From the NCBI GenBank assembly GCA_002269645.1, contig NIVC01004007.1, positions 925-64,924 of the forward strand: a stretch of DNA of 64,000 nt, given 5' to 3'. Each line of letters starts with the position of its first letter. Position 1 is the stretch's first letter. A program made the translations under genes and the position numbers. Below, piece after piece: positions 47,801 to 58,150 of this stretch. This stretch comes from Macrostomum lignano (taxonomy: Eukaryota). The notes under the pieces are model-generated. The model made no database searches, was not told the DNA's origin, and saw nothing but the letters and a program-made list of their open reading frames with translations.

Positions 47801-50398
47801 ACGGCAAAATTCGAGTCAAGGATGCGCGGATTAGTGATCTACTTTGCCGCTTGGACACCAGCGAGCAGCAGCTGGAAGATGACGAGCAGCAAATTCGCCA
47901 AATGGCAGCTGCCAGGGAGCGTGCTGAACAAGCCGAGCAGGAGGCATTAGCCAAAGGGCCCATCATGGAGTAGATCAAGCAGCTGGTAGAGAGAATTATT
48001 GATGGCAATGCCTGTGGCCAGGTGGCTGGTCAACCGCAGCCTGCTGCCCACTCAGTCGCAGAACAGCCGACTTGGGCGCTGATCGTCAAGGAGTCACCTC
48101 TCTGGGCAGGGATGCCAAAGGTGACACTCACCCCAACCCCGTGGGCCGATGTGCACAGAGCTGCGCATCGATTCTGTGCGACACGCCACAACTCGCACAT
48201 GACGGCTCTAGTGCGAGTTCTAGTACGCAACATTTTTGAGCCGACCGAAATTGCTGCTTGCATGGTGTCTGGCAGGAAACGCCATGGAGTTCAGCCGGAC
48301 ATGCACAAGATGGCGGCCATCCGCGTCTTTGTTGGCCAGTTCGCCGGGGACATACCACAGGGGACATTCTCGGACGTTTTTAAATATCTCACTAACAGGC
48401 ACAAAGTGGCAACCCGCTTGTACCGCACAGATGGGCGCACGTGGTGCCACTGTGCCACTAGCCGCCGACACTGTGACAAGATGCACTGTGGCAGCCGGCC
48501 AGGAAATGGAGCCATTTCTTGACGAGAGAGCTTTCTCTTCATGAGTTTTTGCTCTCTCGGACTCGCTTGTTAGGACTTTATAGCGCAGTTTTTTGTTGCA
48601 ATCCGTTTGTTTTGTATGGTTCTTTTTTTAACGTTTTTTCTTAGTTTTTTTATTGCATTTCTAGTTATTACACCAGAATGCAGAACGTGTACCTGTTTTC
48701 TACACGTTCATTACCATCAAACTTTACCAAAACTTTAAACTTTTTAATCTATTTTTTCGTCCTAAGAAAGGGCACATGGACTGCATGTGCAGCTGTCCAG
48801 TATTGGGAAATCTATTAGGATGCATTAAGCGATAGTATTGTATTGTAGTATTGAATTTAAATTTCGCAAAATCCACTCTGAGGAGGCGCGTACATGACGT
48901 AGTTGGTGATCTACATGCACAAATCGCACACAGTGAATCAAACAACGGAGTAAATTTACTCTTGGTTACTAAACGTATCTCGTAAATGGGATGACGAAAT
49001 TTGCTGTTGCTTATAAGTTATTTAACCTTTAAAGTTATTAGTTAATTAACCCTCAATATTAACCCCATTTTTCAACGGGAAGGCAAGACACAGCCAAGAC
49101 ACAGCAGGCAGCATATGGAGGATTCTCCCATTGGATGGTTTTATTCTCAGTTAGACTGTCCACAGCAATATCCATGTCTTTATGTAACGCAAAGATAACA
49201 TATGAGATCTCGATTTTTGGGCTTAAATTCATTGGTATGAAGCGACAGTTACATGAACACTGTTTGGTCAAGGCTCAAGTCTCTTCAGGTGGCGAAATTA
49301 TCGTATTAATCAAGTAAATTGTTTACAGAGTTTGTTTTATTAGGCTGATAAAAAATGGAAATTTGAGCTCTGAGTTTGTGTAATATTGACCCATTCGTGT
49401 ATAAATTTGTGCTGAAATCCCATGAACAGATGCAGAGATTTGAACGGTGTCTTCTAAAAACTAAAAGCAGTCACCATTTACTCACCAAACGATGAACCGG
49501 CGGTCCCGAGGTCGCCATCCTCGCCAACAGTACCGGAGGTTGCCGCTGCCGCAGCCGTAGCCGAAGCCGACGCATCGATAAGTCCATCATCCGGCAGCAC
49601 GGTCTCGGACCAGATTCGGCAGACATTATCTTCGCACGAGGTAATTAATAAATTAGCAACGCAACCGCGCGGTATCTGCTGACTAGTCTGACGCCAGGAG
49701 AAGCCGGTCACGGGTGCCGGATGGGACAGGTAGGCAAAGTTAAATGACGGCGGCCGATCTTCGCCAACAGCAGCCGAGTCCAGCTCGGCAAAGCCAGGCG
49801 GATTGTCCCGATACCAGATCTTTAGAAACGGGTCATTCCGACCGTAGGAAGCGAAGAACAGGCCGTCTGGAGAGAAGCGTACGTGATCTACCGGTTTAGA
49901 CAGCTTCTGGCCCCAGGCGCAGCGCCATTTGACTGGCCCGGTAGGTTCCGGCTCGTCCGGATAATCGTCCACAATGATGGTGAACGCGGCCGCCGATACC
50001 CAGATCTGGATTGACTCGCCAGCCGTGATTAGATAATCACCATTGGGACTCCAGGCCAGATCCGTGACCGGACTATCGGCGCAGATTTCGCCAAATCGTT
50101 TCCATTTGAATGGAAAATAGGCGTCCTCGTGAGCGACTGGAACGGGCTCGAATATGACAATGTGATCGCCATAGGAGGCGGCAATTTTGCCAGTCTCCTG
50201 GCTGCAGTCTAAGCCACTAATTTGCACCTGGCCGTGTGTGACGCCAGGCAGAATTTGAACCCGTTTAAAGCCGCCATCTAGGATTACTAAATCGCAGCCG
50301 CTGGCGTAAGCTATGAAAGTGGCGCCTTCGACTACGCCGCGCGAGAACGCCCTAGCAGTGGCGTTGCAAGAGCCGGTTAGAATCTGATGTAGTCGCAT
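18499..50398 (-). CDS. DMXL: DmX-like / rabconnectin-3 alpha (RAVE Rav1 family, V-ATPase assembly scaffold); 13 coding exons, about 3158 aa
   Basis: N-terminus [14 protein letters not shown]40 repeats, [51 protein letters not shown]-terminal [11 protein letters not shown]. Splice phases are consistent and exons sum to 9477 nt once two single-base deletions are restored. Confidence 0.95.
18955..19567. repeat. 33-bp minisatellite in DMXL intron 12
   Basis: GACACTTTCTGCACGCTTGTCCCGGGAACAGAT and a second variant, segregated along the array; about 18 copies. Confidence 0.97.
19656..20203 (-). CDS. DMXL: DMXL exon 12 (apparent -1 frameshift at 19832-19833)
   Basis: [14 protein letters not shown]...NAALW/DTLLP...HAFQ; the frame switches inside the WD40 LWDT motif. 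Confidence 0.88.
20238..21522. repeat. 24-bp minisatellite in DMXL intron 11 (CTGCTCAATGGGATAATCAGTAGG)
   Basis: About 53 copies; an internal ~490 bp block is duplicated. Confidence 0.97.
21588..22247 (-). CDS. DMXL: DMXL exon 11
   Basis: [20 protein letters not shown]...[27 protein letters not shown]; an alternative acceptor at 22267 is possible. Confidence 0.85.
22440..23645. repeat. 20-bp minisatellite in DMXL intron 10, becoming a 40-bp dimer
   Basis: GAGATACTTCAGATGGTTTT / GAGATACGTGAAATGGTTTT. Confidence 0.97.
23749..24859 (-). CDS. DMXL: DMXL exon 10 (apparent -1 frameshift at about 24429-24441)
   Basis: PSKWPGI...[11 protein letters not shown]...WGAVFGGG, then a frame change to EMSKQRVKL...[10 protein letters not shown]...YAWLLMR. 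Confidence 0.85.
25255..28735. repeat. 3.5-kb polypurine/polypyrimidine satellite in DMXL intron 9
   Basis: 18-bp GGCGGCAGGGAGGAGAGA and 25-bp (+GGAGAGA) units; essentially no T on the + strand. Confidence 0.98.
28791..30572 (-). CDS. DMXL: DMXL exon 9
   Basis: [15 protein letters not shown]...[19 protein letters not shown]...[30 protein letters not shown]. Confidence 0.93.
30650..31340. repeat. 16-bp minisatellite in DMXL intron 8 (CTGAATTATATCACAC)
   Basis: About 43 copies. Confidence 0.97.
31454..31940 (-). CDS. DMXL: DMXL exon 8
   Basis: [11 protein letters not shown]...[12 protein letters not shown]...[12 protein letters not shown]...[13 protein letters not shown]. Confidence 0.93.
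32047..32367 (+). mobile_element. tRNA-derived SINE with a 13-bp target-site duplication, inserted into an older related SINE
   Basis: A/B-box-like head CAGCCCAGTGGCC...GGCTCGATTCC; TAGGCCTGACGAT at both 32034-32046 and 32368-32380. Confidence 0.85.
32430..34054. repeat. 56-bp satellite in DMXL intron 7
   Basis: GCACTCAGGGGTTATCGGAATGGGCCTGAGTTCTTGCTTCCTCGCTGCCTTGATTT, about 29 near-identical copies. Confidence 0.98.
34192..34734 (-). CDS. DMXL: DMXL exon 7
   Basis: [16 protein letters not shown]...[28 protein letters not shown]. Confidence 0.92.
34795..35055. repeat. 24-bp minisatellite in DMXL intron 6
   Basis: GCGACCACATGACCGACATGGTAA, about 11 copies. Confidence 0.95.
35112..36003 (-). 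CDS. DMXL: DMXL exon 6
   Basis: [18 protein letters not shown]...[21 protein letters not shown]...[13 protein letters not shown]. Confidence 0.93.
36065..36802. repeat. 24-25 bp minisatellite in DMXL intron 5, reverse complement of the intron 11 array
   Basis: CTACTGATTATCCCATTGAGCAGCC, about 30 copies. Confidence 0.97.
36826..37459 (-). CDS. DMXL: DMXL exon 5
   Basis: [31 protein letters not shown]...[11 protein letters not shown]...[14 protein letters not shown]. Confidence 0.92.
37508..37800. repeat. 34-bp minisatellite in DMXL intron 4
   Basis: GACACACGGCAAGACAGCAGTCAGACTGACAGGT, about 8 copies, reaching to within about 10 nt of the donor site. Confidence 0.95.
37813..38158 (-). CDS. 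DMXL: DMXL exon 4
   Basis: [11 protein letters not shown]...ILHAFAEPL...FYLAMLV...LHVWRITL; GT-AG phases 0/1 fit. Confidence 0.85.
38320..38900. repeat. (CAGA)n microsatellite in DMXL intron 3
   Basis: Interrupted tetranucleotide run. Confidence 0.97.
38927..39546 (-). CDS. DMXL: DMXL exon 3
   Basis: [18 protein letters not shown]...[22 protein letters not shown]...SELILWRV. Confidence 0.93.
39740..39850 (-). mobile_element. Degenerate tRNA-derived SINE fragment in DMXL intron 2
   Basis: Minus-strand B box GGTTCGATTCTACCCC plus the shared core CCGCTGTACACCCTGTG. Confidence 0.55.
39953..40600 (-). CDS. DMXL: DMXL exon 2
   Basis: [16 protein letters not shown]...FVMHWLNNK...[24 protein letters not shown]...RQAHVSFSS. 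Confidence 0.93.
40950..41105. mobile_element. MITE with ~33-bp imperfect terminal inverted repeats, bounded by TA
   Basis: TAGAAGATAATGCATGGCTGTTAGTGTTGTATT ... AATACAACCCTAAAAGCCATGCATTATCTTCTA. Confidence 0.7.
42490..44045 (+). mobile_element. Full-length Tc1-like DD37E (TRT-type) transposon in DMXL intron 1
   Basis: TA target duplications; 25-bp TIRs CACTGCGTTCCAAGTTATTAAGCAA / TTGCATAATAAGTTGGAACACAGTG; inner direct-repeat copies at about 42678 and 43855. Confidence 0.93.
42763..43775 (+). CDS. Tc1-family transposase (HTH + DDE), about 337 aa
   Basis: VIFTDE...DGPDGW...FMQDNAPSH...[15 protein letters not shown], 37 residues between the second D and E; the natural end KGARINY* needs one missing base at about 43749. 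Confidence 0.9.
45200..46530 (+). mobile_element. Non-LTR retrotransposon 5' fragment (degraded ORF1 and start of the APE endonuclease)
   Basis: [13 protein letters not shown]...[16 protein letters not shown] matches APE motifs I-II once the MITE is removed. Confidence 0.75.
46211..46382. mobile_element. 172-bp palindromic MITE with an 8-bp TSD (hAT-like)
   Basis: CCTTGAAG duplicated at 46203-46210 and 46383-46390; the element is almost entirely a hairpin. Confidence 0.85.
46960..47766 (+). mobile_element. 5'-truncated LINE (I/R1-group) 3' end
   Basis: [32 protein letters not shown]...EHLIKVC zinc finger followed by an (AAC)n tail. Confidence 0.85.
47767..48522 (+). pseudogene. Coiled-coil plus BEN-domain ORF remnant with an in-frame stop at 47971
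   Basis: [24 protein letters not shown]...[12 protein letters not shown]...FKYLTNRHK fits the BEN domain pattern. Confidence 0.6.
49486..50398 (-). CDS. DMXL: DMXL exon 1
   Basis: [13 protein letters not shown]...[14 protein letters not shown]...[13 protein letters not shown]...[16 protein letters not shown]. Confidence 0.95.
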
Positions 50399-50694
50399 AT
50401 TTTCGTTAACGTCTACTTATAGTAGAATTCAATAAAATAAAACTGGGTGCAGGCAGGATAAGGCAAAGGGAGAGATCGAAAATGGCGAAGCAAAACCCGC
50501 TGATAGCAGGCGCCGTGTCCGTGGCAGCAGCTCTCTGTCACAGAGCCTACGCAGCATGCATTCATTTCACAACTAACAGTTTTAGAACTATAGATAGATA
50601 GAAACAAACATTTATGGACTAAATCAAGTATTCTGAGTCATCCATCATCAGTCGGAGTAAAAAATTAAACGTTTAGCGCTTACGGTTGGCCCTA

Positions 50695-51520
50695 CGAAGG
50701 ATTAGGGATTTAGGGCGGCCTTATGAAGTCTTAGGGATCTGGGGTGACCTTATGAAGTCTTAGGGATTTGGGGTGGCCTTATGAAGTCTTAGGGATTTGG
50801 GGTGGCCTTATGAAGTCTTAGGGATTTGGGGTGGCCTTATGAAGTCTTAGGGATTTGGGGTGCCCTTTTGAAGGACTAGGGATTTGGGGTGGCATTATGA
50901 AGGACTAGGGATTTGGGGTGGCCTTATGAAGGACTAGGGATTTGGGGTGGCCTTATGAAGGATTAGGGATTTGGGGTGGCCTTATGAAGGATTAGGGATT
51001 TGGGGTGGCCTTATGAAGGACTAGGGATTTGGGGTGGCCTTATGAAGGATTAGGGATTTGGGGTGGCCTTATGAAGGACTAGGGATTTGGGGTGGCCTTA
51101 TGAAGGATTAGGGATTTGGGGTGGCCTTATGAAGGATTAGGGATTTGGGGTGGCCTTATGAAGTCTTAGGGATTTGGGGTGGCCTTATGAAGTCTTAGGG
51201 ATTTGGGGTGGCCTTATGAAGGATTAGGGATTTGGGGTGGCCTTATGAAGGACTAGGGATTTGGGGTGGCCTTATGAAGGATTAGGGATTTGGGGTGGCC
51301 TTATGAAGGACTAGGGATTTGGGGTGGCCTTATGAAGGATTAGGGATTTGGGGTGGCCTTATGAAGGACTAGGGATTTGGGGTGGCCTTATGAAGGATTA
51401 GGGATTTGGGGTGGCCTTATGAAGGACTAGGGATTTGGGGTGGCCTTATGAAGTCTTAGGGATTTGGGGTGGCCTTATGAAGGACTAGGGATTTGGGGTG
51501 GCCCTGTGAAGGATTCGGGA
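50695..51520. repeat. 29-bp G-rich minisatellite containing TTAGGG
   Basis: TTAGGGATTTGGGGTGGCCTTATGAAGGA, about 28 copies. Confidence 0.97.
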
Positions 51521-51974
51521 TGGATCATTCGAAGGATCATAAGAGACGTGAATCATAAAGACAATCTTAACAGCTTAATAAGGCAAATAACTTGACAGAC
51601 AAAGAAAGATGTGCATTAATAGCTGAATAAATGTACAAACGAGGAAACGTATTTTATTGATCAATTTATTTCATTACAGATCGGGTCGCACAGCATTAGT
51701 ATGCGCGCTAGACAAGCGAAAATGTAAAGCAAACAGCGGATACAATGCAAAAGAACGAACAAGAGAACCCACAGTGCATTTTTATTTTGCGATAAGTAAT
51801 CACGAAATAATGACGATGAAGCCAAGAGGATTATTAAACTGTCGGCGTCAACTAAAAACAAAGGATTCTGCGACCAGCTTTTGATCCCGACGTAGAAACT
51901 GTTCTATAAATAAGTCAGACGCGCTTTGTTAAACTTAGAATGTAAACAAGTAAATATTTGAAATAAATCAAGGC

Positions 51975-52250
51975 GATTCTTAAAAATAGTGTAAGGACGA
52001 TTCTTAAAAATAGTGTAAGGACGATTCTTAGAAATTGTTATAGGGAGATTCTTAGAAATAATATTAGGGCGATTCTTAGAAATAGTATTAGGGCGATTTT
52101 TAAATTATATTAGGGCGATTCTTAGAAATTTTTATATGGCGATTCTTAGAAACAGTAGTAGGGCGATTGTAAGAAATAATTATATGGAAATTCTTAGAAA
52201 TTCTTAGTTATAAGGGCGATTCTTCGAAATAACCAGAAGGGCGATTCTGA
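51975..52250. repeat. Degenerate ~25 bp repeat (GGGCGATTCTTAGAAATAGTATTA)
   Basis: About 11 diverged copies. Confidence 0.85.
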
Positions 52251-52435
52251 GGTACAGTTTAGTCTGTTATAATTTACCTAATTGACAATAAATTATGTCC
52301 AATCGGTTTCCAGCTGGGCAATTCCGTATTGATTTTCATTCAATATAATTTGCTACTGTGTATTATGTTAAAAAAAACATCAAAGGAAACAAACAGCAAA
52401 CGCAAAAGCATTAGAACAAAAAGTACGGTAAGCAA

Positions 52436-55400
52436 TCACTTTCGCCTGCTTTCAGACCGACTTACTGGGCTGCGGCTGCGGTCCCGATCGCGCCTGCTTG
52501 GCCGGTCTTTCTTCTCCTTTTCCTTTTCCTTCTCCTTTTCCTTTTCCTTCTCCTTGTCTTTCTTGCTGCGTTTGGCTTTCTTTTTCTTCTTTTTATCCTT
52601 TTTCTCTTTGTCTTTCCGCTCCTTTTTAGCCGCTTTTTTAGCCGCCTTTTTAGCCTTCTTCGACTCTGAATCCGAATCGGAGTCGGAATCCTCGGACTCC
52701 GAGTGCAGGTAGGGCAGCGCCGAGGCGCCGGCTGCTCCAGAGCCGCTGGCGGCGGCGTCGCGGCCGCGGTCGATTTTTAACGCGCTTCGCATCAGCTCCG
52801 CCTGCTGCTGTCTGGCCGCTTGGATTTCGTGCGTACCCTTAGCAACCAGCCGGCCAGTCTCGGCGTCCTTAGCAACTGAAGGAAATATTTGCTTACCAGT
52901 GCTGGCGGCCGCTTCCTGTTGCTGCTTCTGGTTTTGCTCGTCTTCGACGGCGAGAAATTTTCGGAAATTCGACACCTTCTGGCGAATTTCCTCGGCGCTG
53001 AAGCTGTGGAAGATTTGTTTGAATAGTTGCATGGAGTTTTCTGGATATAGGAACAAACAAGTGCTGTCTAAAGTGCTTTAATAGTGCAGCAGCTCACTGA
53101 AGGATCACAGGGGGTTGGGGGGTGCAGCAGCTCACTGAAGTATCACAGGGGGTTGGGGGTGCAGCAGCTCACTGAAGAATCACAGGGGGTTGGGGGTGCA
53201 GCAGCTCACTGAAGAATCACAGGGGGTTGGGGGGTGCAGCAGCTCAGTGAAGGATCACAGGGGGTTAGGGGTGCAGCAGCTCAGTGAAGAATCACAGGGG
53301 GTTGGGGGTGCAGCAGCTCAGTGAAGGATCACAGGAGGTTGGGGGATGCAGCAGCTCACTGAAAGATCACAGGGGGTTGGGGGTGCAGCAGCTCACTGAA
53401 GAATCACAGGGGGTTGGGGATGCAGCAGCTCACTGAAGAATCACAGGGGGTTGGGGGTGCAGCAGCTCACTGACGAATCACAGGGGGTTGGGGGTGCAGC
53501 AGCTCACTGACGAATCACAGGGGGTTGGGGGTGCAGCAGCTCACTGAAGAATCACAGGGGGTTGGGGGTGCAGCAGCTCACTGAAGAATCACAGGGGGTT
53601 GGGGATGCAGCAGCTCACTGAAGAATCACAGGGGGTTGGGGATGCAGCAGCTCACTGACGAATCACAGGGGGTTGGGGGTGCAGCAGCTCAGTGAAGGAT
53701 CACAGGAGGTTGGGGGATGCAGCAGCTCACTGAAAGATCACAGGGGGTTGGGGGGTGCAGCAGCTCACTGAAGAATCACAGGGGGTTGGGGATGCAGCAG
53801 CTCACTGAAGAATCACAGGGGGTTGGGGGGTGCAGCAGCTCACTGACGAATCACAGGGGGTTGGGGTGCAGCAGCTCACTGACGAATCACAGGGGGTTGG
53901 GGGTGCAGCAGCTCACTGAAGAATCACAGGGGGTTGGGGGTGCAGCAGCTCACTGAAGAATCACAGGGGGTTGGGGATGCAGCAGCTCACTGAAGAATCA
54001 CAGGGGGTTGGGGATGCAGCAGCTCACTGACGAATCACAGGGGGTTGGGGGTGCAGCAGCTCAGTGAAGAATCACAGGGGGTTGGGGGTGCAGCAGCTCA
54101 CTGAAGAATCACAGGGGGTTGGGGGTGCAGCAGCTCACTGAAGAATCACAGGGGGTTGGGGATGCAGCAGCTCACTGAAGAATCACAGGGGGTTGGGGGT
54201 GCAGCAGCTCACTGACGAATCACAGGGGGTTGGGGGTGCAGCAGCTCACTGACGAATCACAGGGGGTTGGGGGTGCAGCAGCTCACTGAAGAATCACAGG
54301 GGGTTGGGGGGTGCAGCAGCTCACTGAAGTATCACAGGGGGTTGGGGGTGCAGCAGCTCACTGAAGAATCACAGGGGGTTGGGGGTGCAGCAGCTCACTG
54401 AAGAATCACAGGGGGTTGGGGGTGCAGCAGCTCACTGAAGAATCACAGGGGGTTGGGGGGTGCAGCAGCTCAGTGAAGGATCACAGGGGGTTGGGGGTGC
54501 AGCAGCTCACTGACGAATCACAGGGGGTTGGGGGTGCAGCAGCTCAGTGATGGATCACAGGAGGTTGGGGGATGCAGCAGCTCACTGAAGAATCACAGGG
54601 GGTTGGGGGATGCAGCAGCTCACTGAAGAATCACAGGGGGTTGGGGGTGCAGCAGCTCACTGAAGAATCACAGGGGGTTGGGGGGTGCAGCAGCTCACTG
54701 ACGAATCACAGGGGGTTGGGGGTGCAGCAGCTCACTGACGAATCACAGGGGGTTGGGGGTGCAGCAGCTCACTGAAGAATCACAGGGGGTTGGGGGTGCA
54801 GCAGCTCACTGAAGAATCACAGGGGGTTGGGGATGCAGCAGCTCACTGAAGAATCACAGGGGGTTGGGGGGTGCAGCAGCTCAGTGAAGGATCACAGGGG
54901 GTTGGGGGTGCAGCAGCTCAGTGAAGGATCACAGGGGGTTGGGGGTGCAGCAGCTCAGTGATGGATCACAGGAGGTTGGGGGATGCAGCAGCTCACTGAA
55001 GAATCACAGGGGGTTGGGGGATGCAGCAGCTCACTGAAGAATCACAGGGGGTTGGGGGTGCAGCAGCTCACTGAAGAATCACAGGGGGTTGGGGGGTGCA
55101 GCAGCTCACTGAAGTATCACAGGGGGTTGGGAGATGCAGCAGCTCACTGAAGAATCACAGGGGGTTGGGGGTGCAGCAGCTCACTGAAGAATCACAGGGG
55201 GTTGGGGGGTGCAGCAGCTCACTGAAGTATCACAGGGGGTTGGGGATGCAGCAGCTCACTGAAGAATCACAGGGGGTTGGGGGTGCAGCAGCTCACTGAA
55301 GAATCACAGGGGGTTGGGGGGTGCAGCAGCTCAGTGAAGGATCACAGGGGGTTGGGGGTGCAGCAGCTCAGTGAAGGATCACAGGGGGTTGGGGGTGCAG

Positions 55401-55798
55401 CAGCTCAGTGAAGGATCACAGGAGGTTGGGGGTGCAGCAGCTCAGTGAAGGAGCACAGGGGTTGGGGGTGCCTATTGGTACCTTCAAAAAAGCAACAGAA
55501 AACAAATTCCCAGATAACATGAAAGCCTCACCAACTGCGATGCCGACAGATGGACTCACCCTTGCTCCTCCATTAGATCCTCCATCTCAGCACATTTTAG
55601 TTCAATTTTTCGCTTCCTCTCGTGCTCGAGAATCTCCTTATTTGGCTCTTTAAACATCAGCTCGTCGGCTTTGCGCAATTCGGCTTCGCTTTTGTAATCA
55701 ACTCGCTCTTTGGCTCGCTTTACAAAGGCAATGTTGCGCTGCACGTAGCCATTGGTGCCGCTGCCACGCGGCGTAGTCAGACCAATTCCATTGTACAT
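52436..55798 (-). CDS. CWC21: CWC21/SRRM2-like splicing factor, 268 aa; exons 55798-55560 and 53003-52436
   Basis: MYNGIGLTTPRGSGTNGYVQRN...EILEHERKRKIELKC...G|FSAEEIRQKVSNFR; K/E-rich and RS-like tail. Confidence 0.93.
53085..55468. repeat. 37-38 bp minisatellite filling the CWC21 intron
   Basis: GCAGCAGCTCACTGAAGAATCACAGGGGGTTGGGGGT, about 64 copies. Confidence 0.98.
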
Positions 55799-58150
55799 TG
55801 CGCTGCATGCATAAAATAAGCATCCAGATGATAATGCGGTGATCACTTGTCATGCAGACTAATTAAAAAATAATAGATTCAGATGCATTTAGCCTAATAA
55901 AAACCCCATAAGCTCCTTTATTGATAAGGCATTATATATTAACATTATAAAGTGTAATTTAAACTTAAAGTGAAATATGGCTTAGAAGCAATTTCTTGCC
56001 AATAATAATGCAAAAGAATAAGCAATGTCTTTTTACAAGTACAAGCCAATTTTTTCTGTCCTTATACAATCTGCCATACATATTCTAATTCTGGTTGCTT
56101 TAACTGATGGTTCATATATATGCTTACTGGGTTTTTTGGCCATATGGGGTTTTTAGGCCCTTTGAAAATCTCATTGGCAACTGGATTTTTGGCATCAGAG
56201 GCCAATCTGGCAACTTCATTTTTCCCATGCCAGTTGCCAATTTCAAAAATGATTTTGTAAGTGTAATAAAAGTGCCATATGAATCAATATGATGGAATTG
56301 TTGGTCTATTATTGTTAGTATCACATATTACTCAAAATTTAGTTTAAATGATAATTTATGAATTTGTGGTTTTTAGTCATTAATTGTTATCCATTCTCAA
56401 GAATTTGGCTAGTTGCCAATAGGCAACCAAAAATAGCCATTGGCAACTGGATTTCCAACCTTAAAAAACCCAGTATGCTTATGCTATATGCTGCATATAC
56501 CAACTTGGGTACATTCTATATATGTTAGAATTTATTGCCATAATGTATACCTTGTTAACTATGGTCACAATGCAAGTCTAAGTCATTCTATCAAATGGTC
56601 ATTTTATCAAAATATTGGCTTTCAAAAAATTGACACCTGAATTGCTTTAGCAACTAAACAGTGGTATGATACTGCCTTAGGCTCTTTTCAAAAATATTCT
56701 ACTGATCTGTGCTATTTGCAAATGTATTTTTGGTATTTAAATTTGAATTTGAAATTTGAACTTTGAACTTGGGACAAAGAAGACATTATTGGTGCACTCA
56801 ACTATATAGCTTATATTATATAAGGTATTTTTCAAGCAATAAGGTTTAGTCTTAGCTGATTTCTTTGCAACTAAAAGATCAACATTTTTGGGATTCCCTT
56901 TTTTGTTATACTACATGTAAAACATGCTTTGGCACAACCTAGGAATTTACATAGCCATTTTATTGGTAATATACACATATAAGTTCCTATTAGACAGAAT
57001 AATAGTACTATTACTAACTTAAAAATGCATAAAACTATTTCTATATATCTTTTTTTCTATATTCTTATATTATTATATAGCCCTAATAAGTCTAACCAAA
57101 CTATAGAATAGAAATATGCATGTGTTAACAATATTCAATTGTTTATACAAATGCATTAAAATTCCTTACATTCTAGATTTTTGATTGTCAAAATTTTGCT
57201 GCCATTTGGCACTTGGGTCCAGGTGCTAATTGGCACTTATTCAATTTTTAGTTGAACCATTTAATGCTCAATTTTTATCTTAATCTTTATCATTATAGAT
57301 AACCCTAAAATTCTTAGAAAAAAATTAAAATAATTGTTAGACTATAATAACTTTTTTTTCTTACAAAAGTTAAGATAAGACTATAGCTATGCATACTATA
57401 TTTTAATGATCTCTTCTTTATCATAGAAATATATCCATTTTGGCACTATGGGTCTAAATTTAAGGTGCCAAATAAAATTCTGAAGTGACATGGCAACCAT
57501 CTCTACATATAAAAAATCAAAACTTTTGGTATAAAAACCTAGTTTTTATTATAGTTAAAACATCTTTATTGCAATCAATGCATAGCAATTATATATATGG
57601 CATATGATAGAAAGAGAAAGAGAAAAAGAGGGCCTACAAGGATATACAAAGAAGTATAAAAATATACAAGGGAAGGATATATATCTAATATAAAAAATAA
57701 GGATATCTAACATAGTTCTAGTCTAGACATTTGCAATAAAAAAGATATGCAAATAAAACATTGATAGAAACTGATAGATTCATATTATTCAATATTTAAC
57801 AGTTTTTAAAAAAATATATTAATATTATAAATTTATACTTATACTTATTTTAAAAAAGTTATATGAGCATAAAATATAATTTTATAAATTAAATTCATAT
57901 TATATATGATATATATTTTAGTAAAGGCAATACTATTATCAAAAAGCTAAATATAACCTAATGTGCTAATACTATATAAATATTATAAATATATTACGCA
58001 AGCATAATTAACATTATAGACAAAATAGTCTAGAATTATATACTATAATGTGATGGCCAGACTGTATGCAACCGGTAACACTAACTGCAGCCACACTGAA
58101 ACCCCCCCCCAACCTCTGTCTAGCTAAGGTAGGGTAGGTACACACCAAGC

